A stretch of 64,000 nt of DNA from Subdoligranulum sp. CAG:314 (GCA_000437915.1 FR900999.1:230479-294478), one strand, 5' to 3'; shown: positions 26,201 through 36,147, counted from the first letter of the stretch. Made by a program: numbers and translations. The notes: generated by a model not told the origin, from the letters alone.

Positions 26201-26680
26201 ATGAACGAAAAAATGAACAGAATCGAATCTCTTTACAATATGCTTTACAAGGAAACGGACGAAATTTACGGAAAGCTTGCGCATTTTTTCGGAATGACGT
26301 CGACTGCCTTTTGGCTGCTTTATTTTATTCGAGAGAAAAACCATTGCACGCAGAGCGAAATCGCATCCCGTCTCTCCATACCCAAGCAAACGGTAAATTC
26401 ATCTCTCAAGCGTTTGGAAAAAGACGGGTTCATCCGTCTTGAAGCCGATTCGGACAATCACAGGAACAAGCTGTTGAGCTTTACCGAAAAGGGAGAGGAG
26501 CTTGCGAAAAGCACGATAGACCGAGTTTTTGAACTTGAAATTTCCGCTTTTTCCCGTTTTGACGACGAGGAAGCGGATATGTTTCTTGCGCTTGCCCGAA
26601 AGCACGTTGCCATGCTGGCCGGCGAAGCGGAAAAAATTCTTAAAAAGCGCGCTTCGGAACACGGGGAGGAAAGTATATGA
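26201..26680 (+). CDS. MarR family transcriptional regulator
   Basis: Winged-helix segment TQSEIASRLSIPKQTVNSSLKRLEKDGFI. RBS AAGAGG. The stop overlaps the start of the MATE gene. Confidence 0.85.
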   Translation: MNEKMNRIESLYNMLYKETDEIYGKLAHFFGMTSTAFWLLYFIREKNHCTQSEIASRLSIPKQTVNSSLKRLEKDGFIRLEADSDNHRNKLLSFTEKGEELAKSTIDRVFELEISAFSRFDDEEADMFLALARKHVAMLAGEAEKILKKRASEHGEESI

Positions 26681-28014
26681 AGCAAAGAATACAGCTTAAC
26701 GAGCACTTTACCTACGGAAAGCTTTTGAGGTTTGCCCTTCCGTCGATAATAATGATGATTTTCACTTCGGTTTACGGCGTTGTGGACGGACTTTTCGTGT
26801 CCAATTATGTGGGAAAAACCGCTTTCGCTTCTGTAAATCTGATTATGCCCTTTATCATATGTACGGGAGCAATCGGTTTTATGCTCGGAACGGGCGGCAG
26901 CGCCATAGTCGGCAAAACTTTGGGCGAGGGGGACAGAGAAAAAGCAAACCGCTATTTTTCAATGCTTGTTTACGCCACGATAGCGCTGGGCGTGCTGATT
27001 GCGATATTGGGACTTGTCGCAGTAAAGCCCGTAGCGCGTCTTTTTGGTGCGGAAGGCGAGCTGCTGGACGGCTGTGTGACCTACGGTTCGATTTTGCTTG
27101 CGTTTCAGCCGTTTTTTATGCTGCAATCGGCATTTCAGAGCTTTTTTGCAACTGCCGAAAAAACATCCGTCGGCCTGTGGGTAATAGTGGGCGCGGGATT
27201 AACCAACATTTGGCTGGATTTTGTTTTTGTCGGGATTTTGCATTGGGGAATCTGGGGCGCCGCGCTGGCAACGGGTATAAGCGAGGTTGTCGGCGGCGTA
27301 ACTCCCGTCGTCTATTTTTCGGTAAAAAACGGCAGCCTGCTCCGCCTGACCAAAACGCGTTTTTACGGAAAAATTTTTCTCAAGGTTTGCGGAAACGGCT
27401 CGTCGGAATTTCTTACCAACATTTCCTCCGCAGTAGTGGGCATGCTTTACAATTTTCAGCTGATGAAGCTGGCGGGAGAGGACGGTATATCTGCTTACGG
27501 TGTAATCATGTACGTCAATTTCGTTTTTCTTGCCATATTTTTCGGTTTTTCCATTGCATCGGCGCCTGTTTTCAGCTATCATTTCGGAGCGGACAACAAA
27601 GCCGAGCTGAAAAGCCTTTTCAGAAAAAGCATGACAATCGTGGTGATTTTCGGCGTCGTGCTTGCGGGAGCGTCACAGCTTTTGACCGTGCCCTTGTCCA
27701 AGCTGTTTGTGGGAGATTATCAAGGTCTTTACGAGATGACCGTGCGCGGAATGAGATTGTTTGCAATATCCTTCCTTGTGCAGGGAATAAACATTTTCGG
27801 CTCGGCGTTTTTTACCGCGCTCAACGACGGTTTGGTTTCCGCCGTGCTTTCCTTCGGCCGCACGCTTGTCTTTCAGGTTTCCGCCGTGTTTCTCCTGCCC
27901 TTGCTTTTGGGGCTTGACGGTATCTGGCTGGCGGTGGTTGCCGCAGAGCTTCTCGCGCTGGTTGTTACCGTGGTCTTTTTCGCTGCGAAAAGAAAAAAAT
28001 ACGGATATGCATGA
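26677..28014 (+). CDS. MATE family efflux transporter
   Basis: 445 aa with 12 TM helices. N-terminus GKLLRFALPSIIMMIFTSVYGVVDGLFV is typical of MatE. Translationally coupled to marR (ATGA overlap). Confidence 0.9.
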   Translation: MKQRIQLNEHFTYGKLLRFALPSIIMMIFTSVYGVVDGLFVSNYVGKTAFASVNLIMPFIICTGAIGFMLGTGGSAIVGKTLGEGDREKANRYFSMLVYATIALGVLIAILGLVAVKPVARLFGAEGELLDGCVTYGSILLAFQPFFMLQSAFQSFFATAEKTSVGLWVIVGAGLTNIWLDFVFVGILHWGIWGAALATGISEVVGGVTPVVYFSVKNGSLLRLTKTRFYGKIFLKVCGNGSSEFLTNISSAVVGMLYNFQLMKLAGEDGISAYGVIMYVNFVFLAIFFGFSIASAPVFSYHFGADNKAELKSLFRKSMTIVVIFGVVLAGASQLLTVPLSKLFVGDYQGLYEMTVRGMRLFAISFLVQGINIFGSAFFTALNDGLVSAVLSFGRTLVFQVSAVFLLPLLLGLDGIWLAVVAAELLALVVTVVFFAAKRKKYGYA

Positions 28015-28095
28015 AACGCGCCGCGGCGTCGAATTACGTCAAAATTCCTTTCGTTTTGCGTTGCGCATTTCAGCCTTAAATGTTATACTTAAAAC

Positions 28096-29124
28096 ATGAT
28101 TGAGGAACGGAACGAAAAAAAAGGCGTCGCGCCTTACCTGCTGCTTTTGCTTTTGACGACGGTTTTGTGGGGCATAGGATTTGTAGTGACCGAACAGCTG
28201 ACGCAAAACAACGTGCCCGTATTCATGCTCTTTGCAATTCAGTTTGCCATAGGCGCGTTTTGTCTGGCGTGGTTTGCCTTTTTCGGCAAAAAAGCCGAGC
28301 GCAAGCCTCCTTCGGCAGGCGAGGCGATAAACGGCTTGCTTTTGGGACTTTTGCTGGGAGCCGCCTTGGTGCTTAAACATTTCGGTTTGGATTCGTATTC
28401 CCAAGGGACGGACAAGAGTTATTTTTTTTCTTCGGCGTTCGTGCTTTTCGTGCCCGTACTTGTATGCGTTTTTGAAAAAAGATGGGCTTTGAAAGAACTC
28501 ATAGACGGATTGATTGCGTTGACGGGACTTGCGCTTTTTTACAATATGTTTCATAAGTCCGATTTCTTTTTCAGTCTGTTCGACGGCTTGTCGCTTATGG
28601 GAGGAATCGCCTTCGCGTTTTATTATTATCTTTTGGGCAGGTACGCAAACAGATTCGACACCGCGCGTTGGGTTTTTTATCAGCTGGCGACAGTGGCAGT
28701 TGTCTGTTCGGCTTTCACTCTGATTTTTGAAATGAAATATATGTCGGAGATAAAAAACGGCATGGAAGTTGCCTTCGGGCTGATTTATCTCGGCGTATTT
28801 TGCACGGGGCTGGCTTATTTTATACTTGTGCTGGCGCAGAAAAGACTGCCGTCGCCGTCCGTTTCACTGGTTGTGGGCGGGCAGTCCGTCTTTGCTTTTC
28901 TGTTTGCCTGGGCTATGGGCTACGTCGCATTGGAGAGCGCCTCGACCGTGGTTGGGACGGTGATAATAATCGTTGCCGCGCTTTCCTCGCTTGCGGTAAG
29001 ACCGGAAAAGTTTTATCTGTCCTTCGGACGTATTTTCCGTATCGCGAAATATTCCGAAGAAAAAACCTGCGAAAAAAACTCCGTCGAAGACGTAAAAGAA
29101 AAAGATTCTGCCTCCGACGGCTGA
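28096..29124 (+). CDS. DMT superfamily (EamA-like) transporter
   Basis: About 10 TM helices arranged as two EamA-like halves. N-terminus LLLLTTVLWGIGFVV. Confidence 0.75.
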   Translation: MIEERNEKKGVAPYLLLLLLTTVLWGIGFVVTEQLTQNNVPVFMLFAIQFAIGAFCLAWFAFFGKKAERKPPSAGEAINGLLLGLLLGAALVLKHFGLDSYSQGTDKSYFFSSAFVLFVPVLVCVFEKRWALKELIDGLIALTGLALFYNMFHKSDFFFSLFDGLSLMGGIAFAFYYYLLGRYANRFDTARWVFYQLATVAVVCSAFTLIFEMKYMSEIKNGMEVAFGLIYLGVFCTGLAYFILVLAQKRLPSPSVSLVVGGQSVFAFLFAWAMGYVALESASTVVGTVIIIVAALSSLAVRPEKFYLSFGRIFRIAKYSEEKTCEKNSVEDVKEKDSASDG

Positions 29125-29294
29125 AAGGGGGATTTTTTGTCAATACTTGTGACGCGTCTTGAAAAAACGCGTCGTTTTTGTATTTAAAAATAATTTCGGA
29201 AAAAACTAAAAAAGTTATGGACAAAACAAGAGCTATGATTTATAATACGAATATGAATTTGTTTCATAAATTTGAAACTTTACGGAGGTAAAAA

Positions 29295-30614
29295 ATGGAT
29301 TTAGGCAAAAAGATGATAAGCGTAGAACAGGCATTGTCTCTGGTCAAAAGCAACGACCACATCGTGTCCGCGCTTGCGCCCGCCGAAGGCGCCGCTTTTC
29401 TCGGCTCGCTGCATACGATAGCCGACCGTGTAAAGAACGTCACCGTTACAAGCTGTCTGCCGATGGGAAATTTTGAATACATGACCAATCGCGCTTATGC
29501 CGACAGCTTCAATGTCGACGGGTGGTTTTTCACTCCCGCGCTGAGAAAAGCCATGCCAAACGGCAACGTCAGTCACGTGCCGCAGCAGCTTTCCACGGCG
29601 GCATTGAAACGTCTTTGTCATCTGAAATGCAATATATTTATAGGCAACTGCTCTATGCCTGACAAGCACGGATACGTTTCGTTGGGACTGTCCAACACAT
29701 ATGAAACGTATGTTATGGAAAGGGCGGACATTGTAATACTTGAAATCAATCCCAACGTGCCCCGCACATTCGGAGATGTCTTTATACCGGTAGACGAGGT
29801 GGATTATTTTATCGACGCCGATTACGCAATACCCGAAATACCCGACGCTCCCTGCAATGAAAAAGACCTTGCCATAGGCAAGACGATAGCCGAGTTTATC
29901 AACGACGGCGACACCATACAGCTGGGAATAGGAGGCATACCCAACGCCGTTGCCGAGTCCCTTTACGGTCTCAAACATCTCGGCGTGCACACCGAGCTTT
30001 ACACTACGGGCATGATGAAGCTCACGAAAGCCGGCGTTATCGACAACAGCAGAAAAACGCTGCATAAAGGCTCCGCCGTCACTACGATGATTATCGGCAC
30101 GCGCGAGCTTTACGATTTTGTAGACGACAACCCCGGAATCATGGTAATGAACGGTATGTATACCAACGACGCTTACGTTATCGGGCAAAACGACAATCAG
30201 ATTTCCATAAACACCACGCTGGAGGTTGACCTTACGGGACAGTGTTGCAGCGAGAGTCTGGGCTCGGTTCAGTTCTCGGGCAGCGGCGGACAGGCGGATA
30301 CCGCTATCGGCGCGCAAAAGAGCAAAAACGGAAAATCCTTCATAGCGCTCTATTCCACGGCTATGGCGAAAAATCCCGACGGTACGCGCACCGAGGTCAG
30401 CAAAATAGTGCCTCAATTGAAGCCCGGCGCGACGGTGACGCTCAGCCGAAACGACGTGCAGTACGTTGTCACCGAATACGGCGTGGCGGATTTGCGCGGC
30501 ACAAGCATAAGAGAGAGAGTGGAAAAGCTCATCGCCGTTTCTCACCCCAAATTCAGAGAGCAGCTCACCAAAGAGGCTTATGAAATAGGTCTGGTGTACA
30601 AAAAGCAGGTTTAA
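29295..30614 (+). CDS. Acetyl-CoA hydrolase/transferase family enzyme (4-hydroxybutyrate / butyryl-CoA:acetate CoA-transferase type)
   Basis: GIGGIPNAV, EVDLTGQ and SGSGGQADTA are family signatures. Strong RBS GGAGG. Confidence 0.85.
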   Translation: MDLGKKMISVEQALSLVKSNDHIVSALAPAEGAAFLGSLHTIADRVKNVTVTSCLPMGNFEYMTNRAYADSFNVDGWFFTPALRKAMPNGNVSHVPQQLSTAALKRLCHLKCNIFIGNCSMPDKHGYVSLGLSNTYETYVMERADIVILEINPNVPRTFGDVFIPVDEVDYFIDADYAIPEIPDAPCNEKDLAIGKTIAEFINDGDTIQLGIGGIPNAVAESLYGLKHLGVHTELYTTGMMKLTKAGVIDNSRKTLHKGSAVTTMIIGTRELYDFVDDNPGIMVMNGMYTNDAYVIGQNDNQISINTTLEVDLTGQCCSESLGSVQFSGSGGQADTAIGAQKSKNGKSFIALYSTAMAKNPDGTRTEVSKIVPQLKPGATVTLSRNDVQYVVTEYGVADLRGTSIRERVEKLIAVSHPKFREQLTKEAYEIGLVYKKQV

Positions 30615-30624
30615 GGAGTTTCTT

Positions 30625-31437
30625 ATGCAATTTGAAATCGACGGCGTAAAGCTTTTTTACGAGGTAAGAGGCAACCAAAACTCCGACGTTGCGATTGCGT
30701 TTTTCAACGGCGTAATGGCGACTACAAACAGCTGGTACGGTATGCTTGACGGGTTTGAAAAGCTGGGTTTCAAAATCGTTCTTCACGATTTTATGGGGCA
30801 GATGAAGTCGGACAAGCCTCAAAGGAGCATGTATTCCTTTGAAGAGCATTGCCGTCAGGCAAAAGCTCTGCTTGACAGTCTCAACGTCAAAAAGGTGCAC
30901 ATAGTGGGCACTTCTTACGGCGGAGAGACGGGTATGAAATTCGCTTTGATGTATCCCGAATTCGTCGCGTCTCTTTCGATTATAGATTCGGTAAGCGAGG
31001 TGGACGAAATTTCGCGCTGTTTCGTTTCAAGCTGGAAAACTCTGGCGGACAGCGGGGACGGCGAAAAGTTTTTCTGGGGCATGGCGCCGAGCATTTACGG
31101 CGGCAAATTCATTGCGGAAAACAAACAGATGCTGGAAAAACGCGCTCAGGCGTGCAAGCTTATCGGAAAGGATTATTACGAAGGACAGAAAATTCTGTAC
31201 GACACCTTCTGCAACGACCTCGATTTTACTTCGGAGCTTAAAAACATCGTTTGTCCTACGCTCATTATCTGCGGCGAAAACGATATTTTGAAGCCTCCCG
31301 CGATGTCTTTGCTCATGCACAGAAACATCGAAAATTCGGAATATGTCGTGCTTCCGGAGTGCGGTCACGTCGCGATTTTTGAAAAGCCTAAGGAGCTTGT
31401 TTCGGTTATTTTGGGCTTTATATTTAAGAACAGCTGA
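30625..31437 (+). CDS. Alpha/beta-fold hydrolase
   Basis: Nucleophile elbow GTSYGG, and a C-terminal ...ECGHV... histidine block. Confidence 0.8.
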   Translation: MQFEIDGVKLFYEVRGNQNSDVAIAFFNGVMATTNSWYGMLDGFEKLGFKIVLHDFMGQMKSDKPQRSMYSFEEHCRQAKALLDSLNVKKVHIVGTSYGGETGMKFALMYPEFVASLSIIDSVSEVDEISRCFVSSWKTLADSGDGEKFFWGMAPSIYGGKFIAENKQMLEKRAQACKLIGKDYYEGQKILYDTFCNDLDFTSELKNIVCPTLIICGENDILKPPAMSLLMHRNIENSEYVVLPECGHVAIFEKPKELVSVILGFIFKNS

Positions 31438-31505
31438 AAAAAAAGGACGCCTTTAAGGCGTCCTTTTCAACGTATAAAAAAACTGCCTATACGCACAACT
31501 AAATT

Positions 31506-32345
31506 ATGAAAAAAGTGTCTGTGCTTTTGCTGTGCGTGTTGACGGTTTTTGCTGCCTGCGTGTTTGTTCCGCCCGCGTCAGAAGTCGACGCATTGCAAAA
31601 AAGCGCGAAAAATTTGGCGGTTGTTATGTATCACAACACCGTGCCCGACAACTACAAAGCGTCTGTCTACGTTATTCGCGCCGGCAGTCTTGAACGCGAC
31701 CTTAAATTTTTGAAAGAAAACGGTTATCGTGTTCTCAGCGCTTCCGTCGTCATCGACAGTCTCAAAAACGGTATTGCTCTGCCCGAAAAAAGCGTTATGC
31801 TGACCTTTGACGACGGATATTATTTCAACAAAACCTATGCAATGCCGCTTCTTGAAAAATACGGGTTTCCCGCGCTGTTTGCCATCGTGGGGGAGTACAC
31901 CAAGTTCAACAAAAACAACCCCAAGGTAAGCAAAACCTACACCTATTTCGATTTCGAGGACGTTGCGGAAATCAATCGCAGCAAATATGTGGAAATAGCG
32001 GCGCACTCGTATTATCTTCATCACTTCGGAAAGCGACAGGGCGTGAAAATAAAAAAATACGAGGACAAGACCGCTTATTGCGAAATGTTGGAAAAGGATA
32101 CAAGGCTGCTTGAAAAATCCCTTTTGCAGGCGGGAGTTCGTCCGCGGGTTTATGCTTATCCTTTCGGCGCTTATTGCGCGGAAAGCGAACAGGTAATAAA
32201 GCGTCTCGGCTATGAAATGAGTCTTACCTGCAACGAAGGAATAAATTGCGTAAAAACTCCCGAAAATCTCTTTCTTTTAAAACGTCTTAACCGCAGCGGC
32301 ACCGGAAAATCCGTTGAAGCCATGTTTGCGGAATACGGCTATTAA
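31506..32345 (+). CDS. Secreted polysaccharide deacetylase (NodB homology domain)
   Basis: Signal peptide MKKVSVLLLCVLTVFAACVF. NodB motif MLTFDDGY, later H..YLHH. Confidence 0.8.
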   Translation: MKKVSVLLLCVLTVFAACVFVPPASEVDALQKSAKNLAVVMYHNTVPDNYKASVYVIRAGSLERDLKFLKENGYRVLSASVVIDSLKNGIALPEKSVMLTFDDGYYFNKTYAMPLLEKYGFPALFAIVGEYTKFNKNNPKVSKTYTYFDFEDVAEINRSKYVEIAAHSYYLHHFGKRQGVKIKKYEDKTAYCEMLEKDTRLLEKSLLQAGVRPRVYAYPFGAYCAESEQVIKRLGYEMSLTCNEGINCVKTPENLFLLKRLNRSGTGKSVEAMFAEYGY

Positions 32346-32347
32346 GG

Positions 32348-33133
32348 TCAGATGGACATCAGGTCGTTGTCCGGATTGAAACGCTTGTTGAATCTGCAAT
32401 AAACGGCAAGCGCCAGCATGACGGACGCGATAACCAAATTGTATACGGGAAAAAAGGTTATCTGAGCAAGCAACGCAAGAAAAACGGCGTTCCAAAAATA
32501 ATAAGGGAAGCGTTTCTTGTTCAAGGCGAAGTATAGGATTTTGGAGGCGGGTTTTTTCACGTTTTCGGTATCTTTAAGCTCCGGCAGCGTGCCGTGCTTT
32601 TTGAGAAAGCGGTAGGTTTCGTTTATGTCGGCAATACAAATTTCTTTTTTGACTATCTTGGTCAGCTCCTTTGCGGAAGCGTCGAAATCGGCGCAGAAAA
32701 CGTAAAGCTTGGGGCAGTCGTAATGTGCCGCCAGCTTCAACGGGGCGACAATGTCCTGGTCGGTCAATTTTTTGAAGGAAAAATTGACGTGCACGAAAAT
32801 TCCGTCCTCCTTTTTGGCCACAAAGCTGTGTGAGTTTACCGTGTTTGCCGAGTAGCCGTTTTTTCTGAATGTTTCCTCGAAAATATCGGCGGAATCGCTG
32901 TCCATAATCAGCTTCAGTTTGAGCGCGGCGACCTTCTTTTTGTCCTCCTGTTTTTTCTCCTTGCGGGTTTTGTCGGAGCGGCTTATCCAGAAAAGCGTCA
33001 CTCCGGCGACAAAAGCAAGCCCCAATCCCACTACGTAAGCAATCCACAGAATTTTTACGTAATAATACGTCCAAGTGAAAACAAGTCCGAAAACTCCCAG
33101 TGCAATAAGTATAATATTTATAAAACGGGACAT
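32348..33133 (-). CDS. Membrane protein of unknown function: two TM helices at each end with a central soluble domain
   Basis: Hydrophobic N- and C-terminal helix pairs. The central domain (FVHVNFSFKK...LYVFCADFDASAKEL) loosely resembles a restriction-endonuclease-like (Mrr-type) fold by eye only. Confidence 0.55.
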   Translation of the reverse strand: MSRFINIILIALGVFGLVFTWTYYYVKILWIAYVVGLGLAFVAGVTLFWISRSDKTRKEKKQEDKKKVAALKLKLIMDSDSADIFEETFRKNGYSANTVNSHSFVAKKEDGIFVHVNFSFKKLTDQDIVAPLKLAAHYDCPKLYVFCADFDASAKELTKIVKKEICIADINETYRFLKKHGTLPELKDTENVKKPASKILYFALNKKRFPYYFWNAVFLALLAQITFFPVYNLVIASVMLALAVYCRFNKRFNPDNDLMSI

Positions 33134-33203
33134 AAAAAACCTCTTATATTATTATTGCCAAATTACGCTTAACAAAACGGCGGTTTTGCGCTATAATAAT
33201 CAC

Positions 33204-34349
33204 ATGAGGATTGCAATCGTCGGCGGAACCTTTTCGCCGCCTCACAACGGACACGTCGCGCTGGCCCTCTGCGCTCGGGACGGGCTGAATGCGGACAGAG
33301 TTCTGATTATGCCGAACGCGGCTCCGCCGCACAAATTCTGCGGAGTTTCCAAGCTTGACAGGCGCGAGATGACGCGTCTGGCATTTATGGACGTCAAAAA
33401 GACGGAGCTTGACGAAACAGAGCTTTTTTCGGACGGACAAAAAAGTTATACCTATGAAACTATGGCGAAGCTTAAAGCGCTTTACCCGAACGACGATTTG
33501 ATTTTCGTTATCGGAGGGGACAGCCTGAGGGATTTTGCCACGTGGCGCCATCCCGACCGTATATTGAAAAATTGCCGTCTTGCCGTTGCGGCAAGGAGGG
33601 GAGTCGATTTGTCGGACGCGCTCGGCAAAACGGAAAAAGAGTTCGGTACCGAAATCGAGCTATTGGATATGCCTTTCTGCGACGTTTCGTCAACGCTTGT
33701 CAGGGTAAACTGCAATTTCGGTTTTGACAATTCCGCCTATCTGCCTAAGCCTGTCGACGCTTATATAAAAGAAAAAGGGCTTTACTGCGATTTTAAACCT
33801 ATGGTAACAAAGCTGCGCGCATTGCAGAATCGCGACAGATTCGAGCATACCTACAACGTGGTGCTTGCAGGTCTGGAAATAGCGAGAAAAACCAATCTGG
33901 ACGAAAGCGAGGTTTTTGTCGCCTGCCTTTTGCACGACTGCGCCAAAAATATTCCTTGTTCGGAATGGCGCCGTTACGGCTTCGACAACGGCGAAAATCT
34001 TCTTCCGCCGATAGTGCACTGCGGGCTGGGAGTCAAGGTGGCAGAACGGGTATTCGGCATAACGGACGCCCGCATACTGGACGCAATACGTTTTCACACG
34101 ACCTGCCGTCCCGAAATGACGCAGCTTGACAAGCTGGTTTTCGTTGCCGACAAGGTGGAGCTTACTCGGAACTATCCGGAGCTTAAAGAAAATTACAGCC
34201 TTGCGCTGAGTGATTTGGACGCGGCTTTTCTTACGGTTCTGAGTCAAACCTATCGGTTGGCGTGCAAAAAGCACGGTGCGGAAAATGTGGACGAAATGAC
34301 GCGCAGGGCGATGAATTATTATTTTTGCAATACAAAACAGGAGAAATAA
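33204..34349 (+). CDS. nadD: Fusion of nicotinate-nucleotide adenylyltransferase (NadD) with the YqeK HD-domain phosphohydrolase
   Basis: N-terminal GGTFSPPHNGH and ...VSSTLVR, both NadD. C-terminal half has H..NV, LLHDCAK and FVADK, the HD/YqeK pattern. The ATG at 33204 follows a TATAAT-like box. Confidence 0.85.
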   Translation: MRIAIVGGTFSPPHNGHVALALCARDGLNADRVLIMPNAAPPHKFCGVSKLDRREMTRLAFMDVKKTELDETELFSDGQKSYTYETMAKLKALYPNDDLIFVIGGDSLRDFATWRHPDRILKNCRLAVAARRGVDLSDALGKTEKEFGTEIELLDMPFCDVSSTLVRVNCNFGFDNSAYLPKPVDAYIKEKGLYCDFKPMVTKLRALQNRDRFEHTYNVVLAGLEIARKTNLDESEVFVACLLHDCAKNIPCSEWRRYGFDNGENLLPPIVHCGLGVKVAERVFGITDARILDAIRFHTTCRPEMTQLDKLVFVADKVELTRNYPELKENYSLALSDLDAAFLTVLSQTYRLACKKHGAENVDEMTRRAMNYYFCNTKQEK

Positions 34350-34703
34350 ATGGAACTTAACGACAGACAGATAGTGGAGCTTGCCTGCAAAACGCTTGCG
34401 GAGAAAAAAGCGGTGGATATTAAAATAATCGAGGTAGTGGGAATGACCGACATAACCGATTATTTTATCGTATGCAGCGGCAGAAGTATGCCGCAGGTCA
34501 AGGCGCTTTGCGAAAACCTTGAAGAAAAAATGGAGGAAAACGGAGTTTTCGCGCGCAGAAAGGAAGGCGCGGAAACAGGACGGTGGATTGTCATCGACTA
34601 TCTCAACGTGGTCGTGCATATTTTTCATCACGAAACGCGCGAGTTTTATCAGCTCGACAAGCTGTGGAACAACGGCAACAACGTAGTCGATTACGGCGAA
34701 TGA
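34350..34703 (+). CDS. rsfS: Ribosomal silencing factor RsfS
   Basis: 117 aa with DYFIVCSGRS..QV.A, W.VIDY..VVVHIF and R.FY.L..LW. Conserved position after nadD/yqeK. Confidence 0.9.
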   Translation: MELNDRQIVELACKTLAEKKAVDIKIIEVVGMTDITDYFIVCSGRSMPQVKALCENLEEKMEENGVFARRKEGAETGRWIVIDYLNVVVHIFHHETREFYQLDKLWNNGNNVVDYGE

Positions 34704-34750
34704 TTGGCTTGAACGTGTTTTGCGGATAACGTATTCGGAGAGGTAAAATA

Positions 34751-35146
34751 ATGAAACACAAGGTAAAATTGACGGTAATAGACAAAAAGCTGTATCCCGA
34801 GCTGCAGAGTGAGCATTGCTTGAACCCGCAGTCGGGTGCTTGTCCTTGCTACAACGTCGGCGACGAGTTTGTTTTTTTTCGTGACGGAGACAGGGACGAT
34901 TTCTGGCATTGCGGTTTGAATACGCTTACCAAAACAAACGGCAATCCCGATACGGTAGCGGGCGGTCCGAAAATGCCGTTCTGCTCGGAATTGTGGGACG
35001 CCGTTTCGCGATACATATATACCGGGCTGCAAGGCGGCTCCATCATGAAAGGCTGGATGAAAGAGGAAAATACCATGATTGCCTGCTGCTCGGACGGAAC
35101 CCGTCCCGTTATTTTCAAAATCGAAAGAATCGACTATGACGACTGA
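34751..35146 (+). CDS. Cys-rich uncharacterised protein (TIGR04076-like family)
   Basis: Pattern KVKLTVIDKK...CPCYNVGDEFVF...PFCSELWDAV...GG...W....MIACCSDGTRPVIFKIERI, recalled from the TIGR04076 family. Confidence 0.6.
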   Translation: MKHKVKLTVIDKKLYPELQSEHCLNPQSGACPCYNVGDEFVFFRDGDRDDFWHCGLNTLTKTNGNPDTVAGGPKMPFCSELWDAVSRYIYTGLQGGSIMKGWMKEENTMIACCSDGTRPVIFKIERIDYDD

Positions 35147-35248
35147 CGGCAAATTCTTTTAATTAAATATTTGGAAAACAAAAAATACCGCGCGTTTTAA
35201 ATACGCGCGGTATTTTAAATCTTTGCCTCTGTTCGGGCTTGAAAGCTT

Positions 35249-35719
35249 TTAGATTAAAGCCGCATTGTTTTCGGTTCTCGGCTGCACCTTGTCGTGACCG
35301 TGCTCCGGCGCGGGTTTTGAAGGACGCCTTTCAAAATCGAAAGGCAATTCCAATTCGTCGAGAGACTTGCCTTTTTCAAGCGCTCTGTTGATACGCTCCA
35401 AGGTTCTGAACGCTTTAAGCGATGTCGTAAGCTTTACGTTTGTATACTGAGGAAATGCTTCCCTGATTTTTTCTTCGGCAAGCTTGGAAAGCTCGGTTTC
35501 AAAGCTTTTGAGATAAACGCCCTTGGTTCTCACCGCCACGAGCACGCAGTCGCCGTAAGCAAAGGCTCTGCTGTCGCCTACGCCGTCTATGGTGTTGACG
35601 ATTTCTCTTATCTTCTGATTGTCGTTTTGAGTGGTTTCCTCCGCGGCAAAAACAGGCAGGCAGAGGCATATCAGCGCGATTGCAAGGACTGCTATTGCCA
35701 AAAATCCGTATTTTTTCAA
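35249..35719 (-). CDS. Exported or lipid-anchored protein, YhcN/YlaJ-like sporulation lipoprotein (tentative)
   Basis: N-terminal signal sequence with Cys (LICLCLPVFA). The body V.GV.D..A...G....VAV is reminiscent of the YhcN/YlaJ family. Confidence 0.5.
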   Translation of the reverse strand: MKKYGFLAIAVLAIALICLCLPVFAAEETTQNDNQKIREIVNTIDGVGDSRAFAYGDCVLVAVRTKGVYLKSFETELSKLAEEKIREAFPQYTNVKLTTSLKAFRTLERINRALEKGKSLDELELPFDFERRPSKPAPEHGHDKVQPRTENNAALI

Positions 35720-35854
35720 AATAAAGACCTCCTTTTTTCCTTAATGTGCGTAAAACAACAAGATGTTATTCATATCTTTAAAAATCAACAAAATTCGCGT
35801 AATGCGGTATTTTAAAATAAAGATGTGGAAAAATTCTTACGGGGAGGAAAAGAT

Positions 35855-36058
35855 ATGGAATTTTTGCCTATTATAATTGTTTCGAGCATAGGTCTTTCAC
35901 TGTGCATAAGCTATCTCTTGTATCACGCGGTCGATTTTTTCCGCAAACGCCGCAAGTCGCCGACGATAAGGGAGGAGGATGTATACGTTTATTGCGACGA
36001 GCAGGAAAGCGGAGACAGCCTGATAATCAATCTGCAAAGCGCAAACGAGGACTATTGA
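35855..36058 (+). CDS. Small single-pass membrane protein (hypothetical, 67 aa)
   Basis: GGAGG lies 7 nt upstream of the ATG. N-terminal TM helix FLPIIIVSSIGLSLCISYLLY, then a basic stretch RKRRK. Confidence 0.45.
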   Translation: MEFLPIIIVSSIGLSLCISYLLYHAVDFFRKRRKSPTIREEDVYVYCDEQESGDSLIINLQSANEDY

Positions 36059-36147
36059 AGTTTTCTTTTGTTTTTTACCAATTCGGTGGACTTTTACCCC
36101 TCGTCGGTGTTATACTTTAACAGGAAAATATCATTGAGGGACGGTTA

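Noticed and set aside
26859-27917. A 352-aa alternative-frame ORF inside the second MATE gene, and similar Arg-rich internal ORFs in other genes (for example 22648-23181, 52930-53586 and 11326-11766).
   Set aside because: They are same-strand off-frame ORFs with extreme Arg/Gly/Cys content and no start signals. The overlapping frames have clear transporter or enzyme homology.
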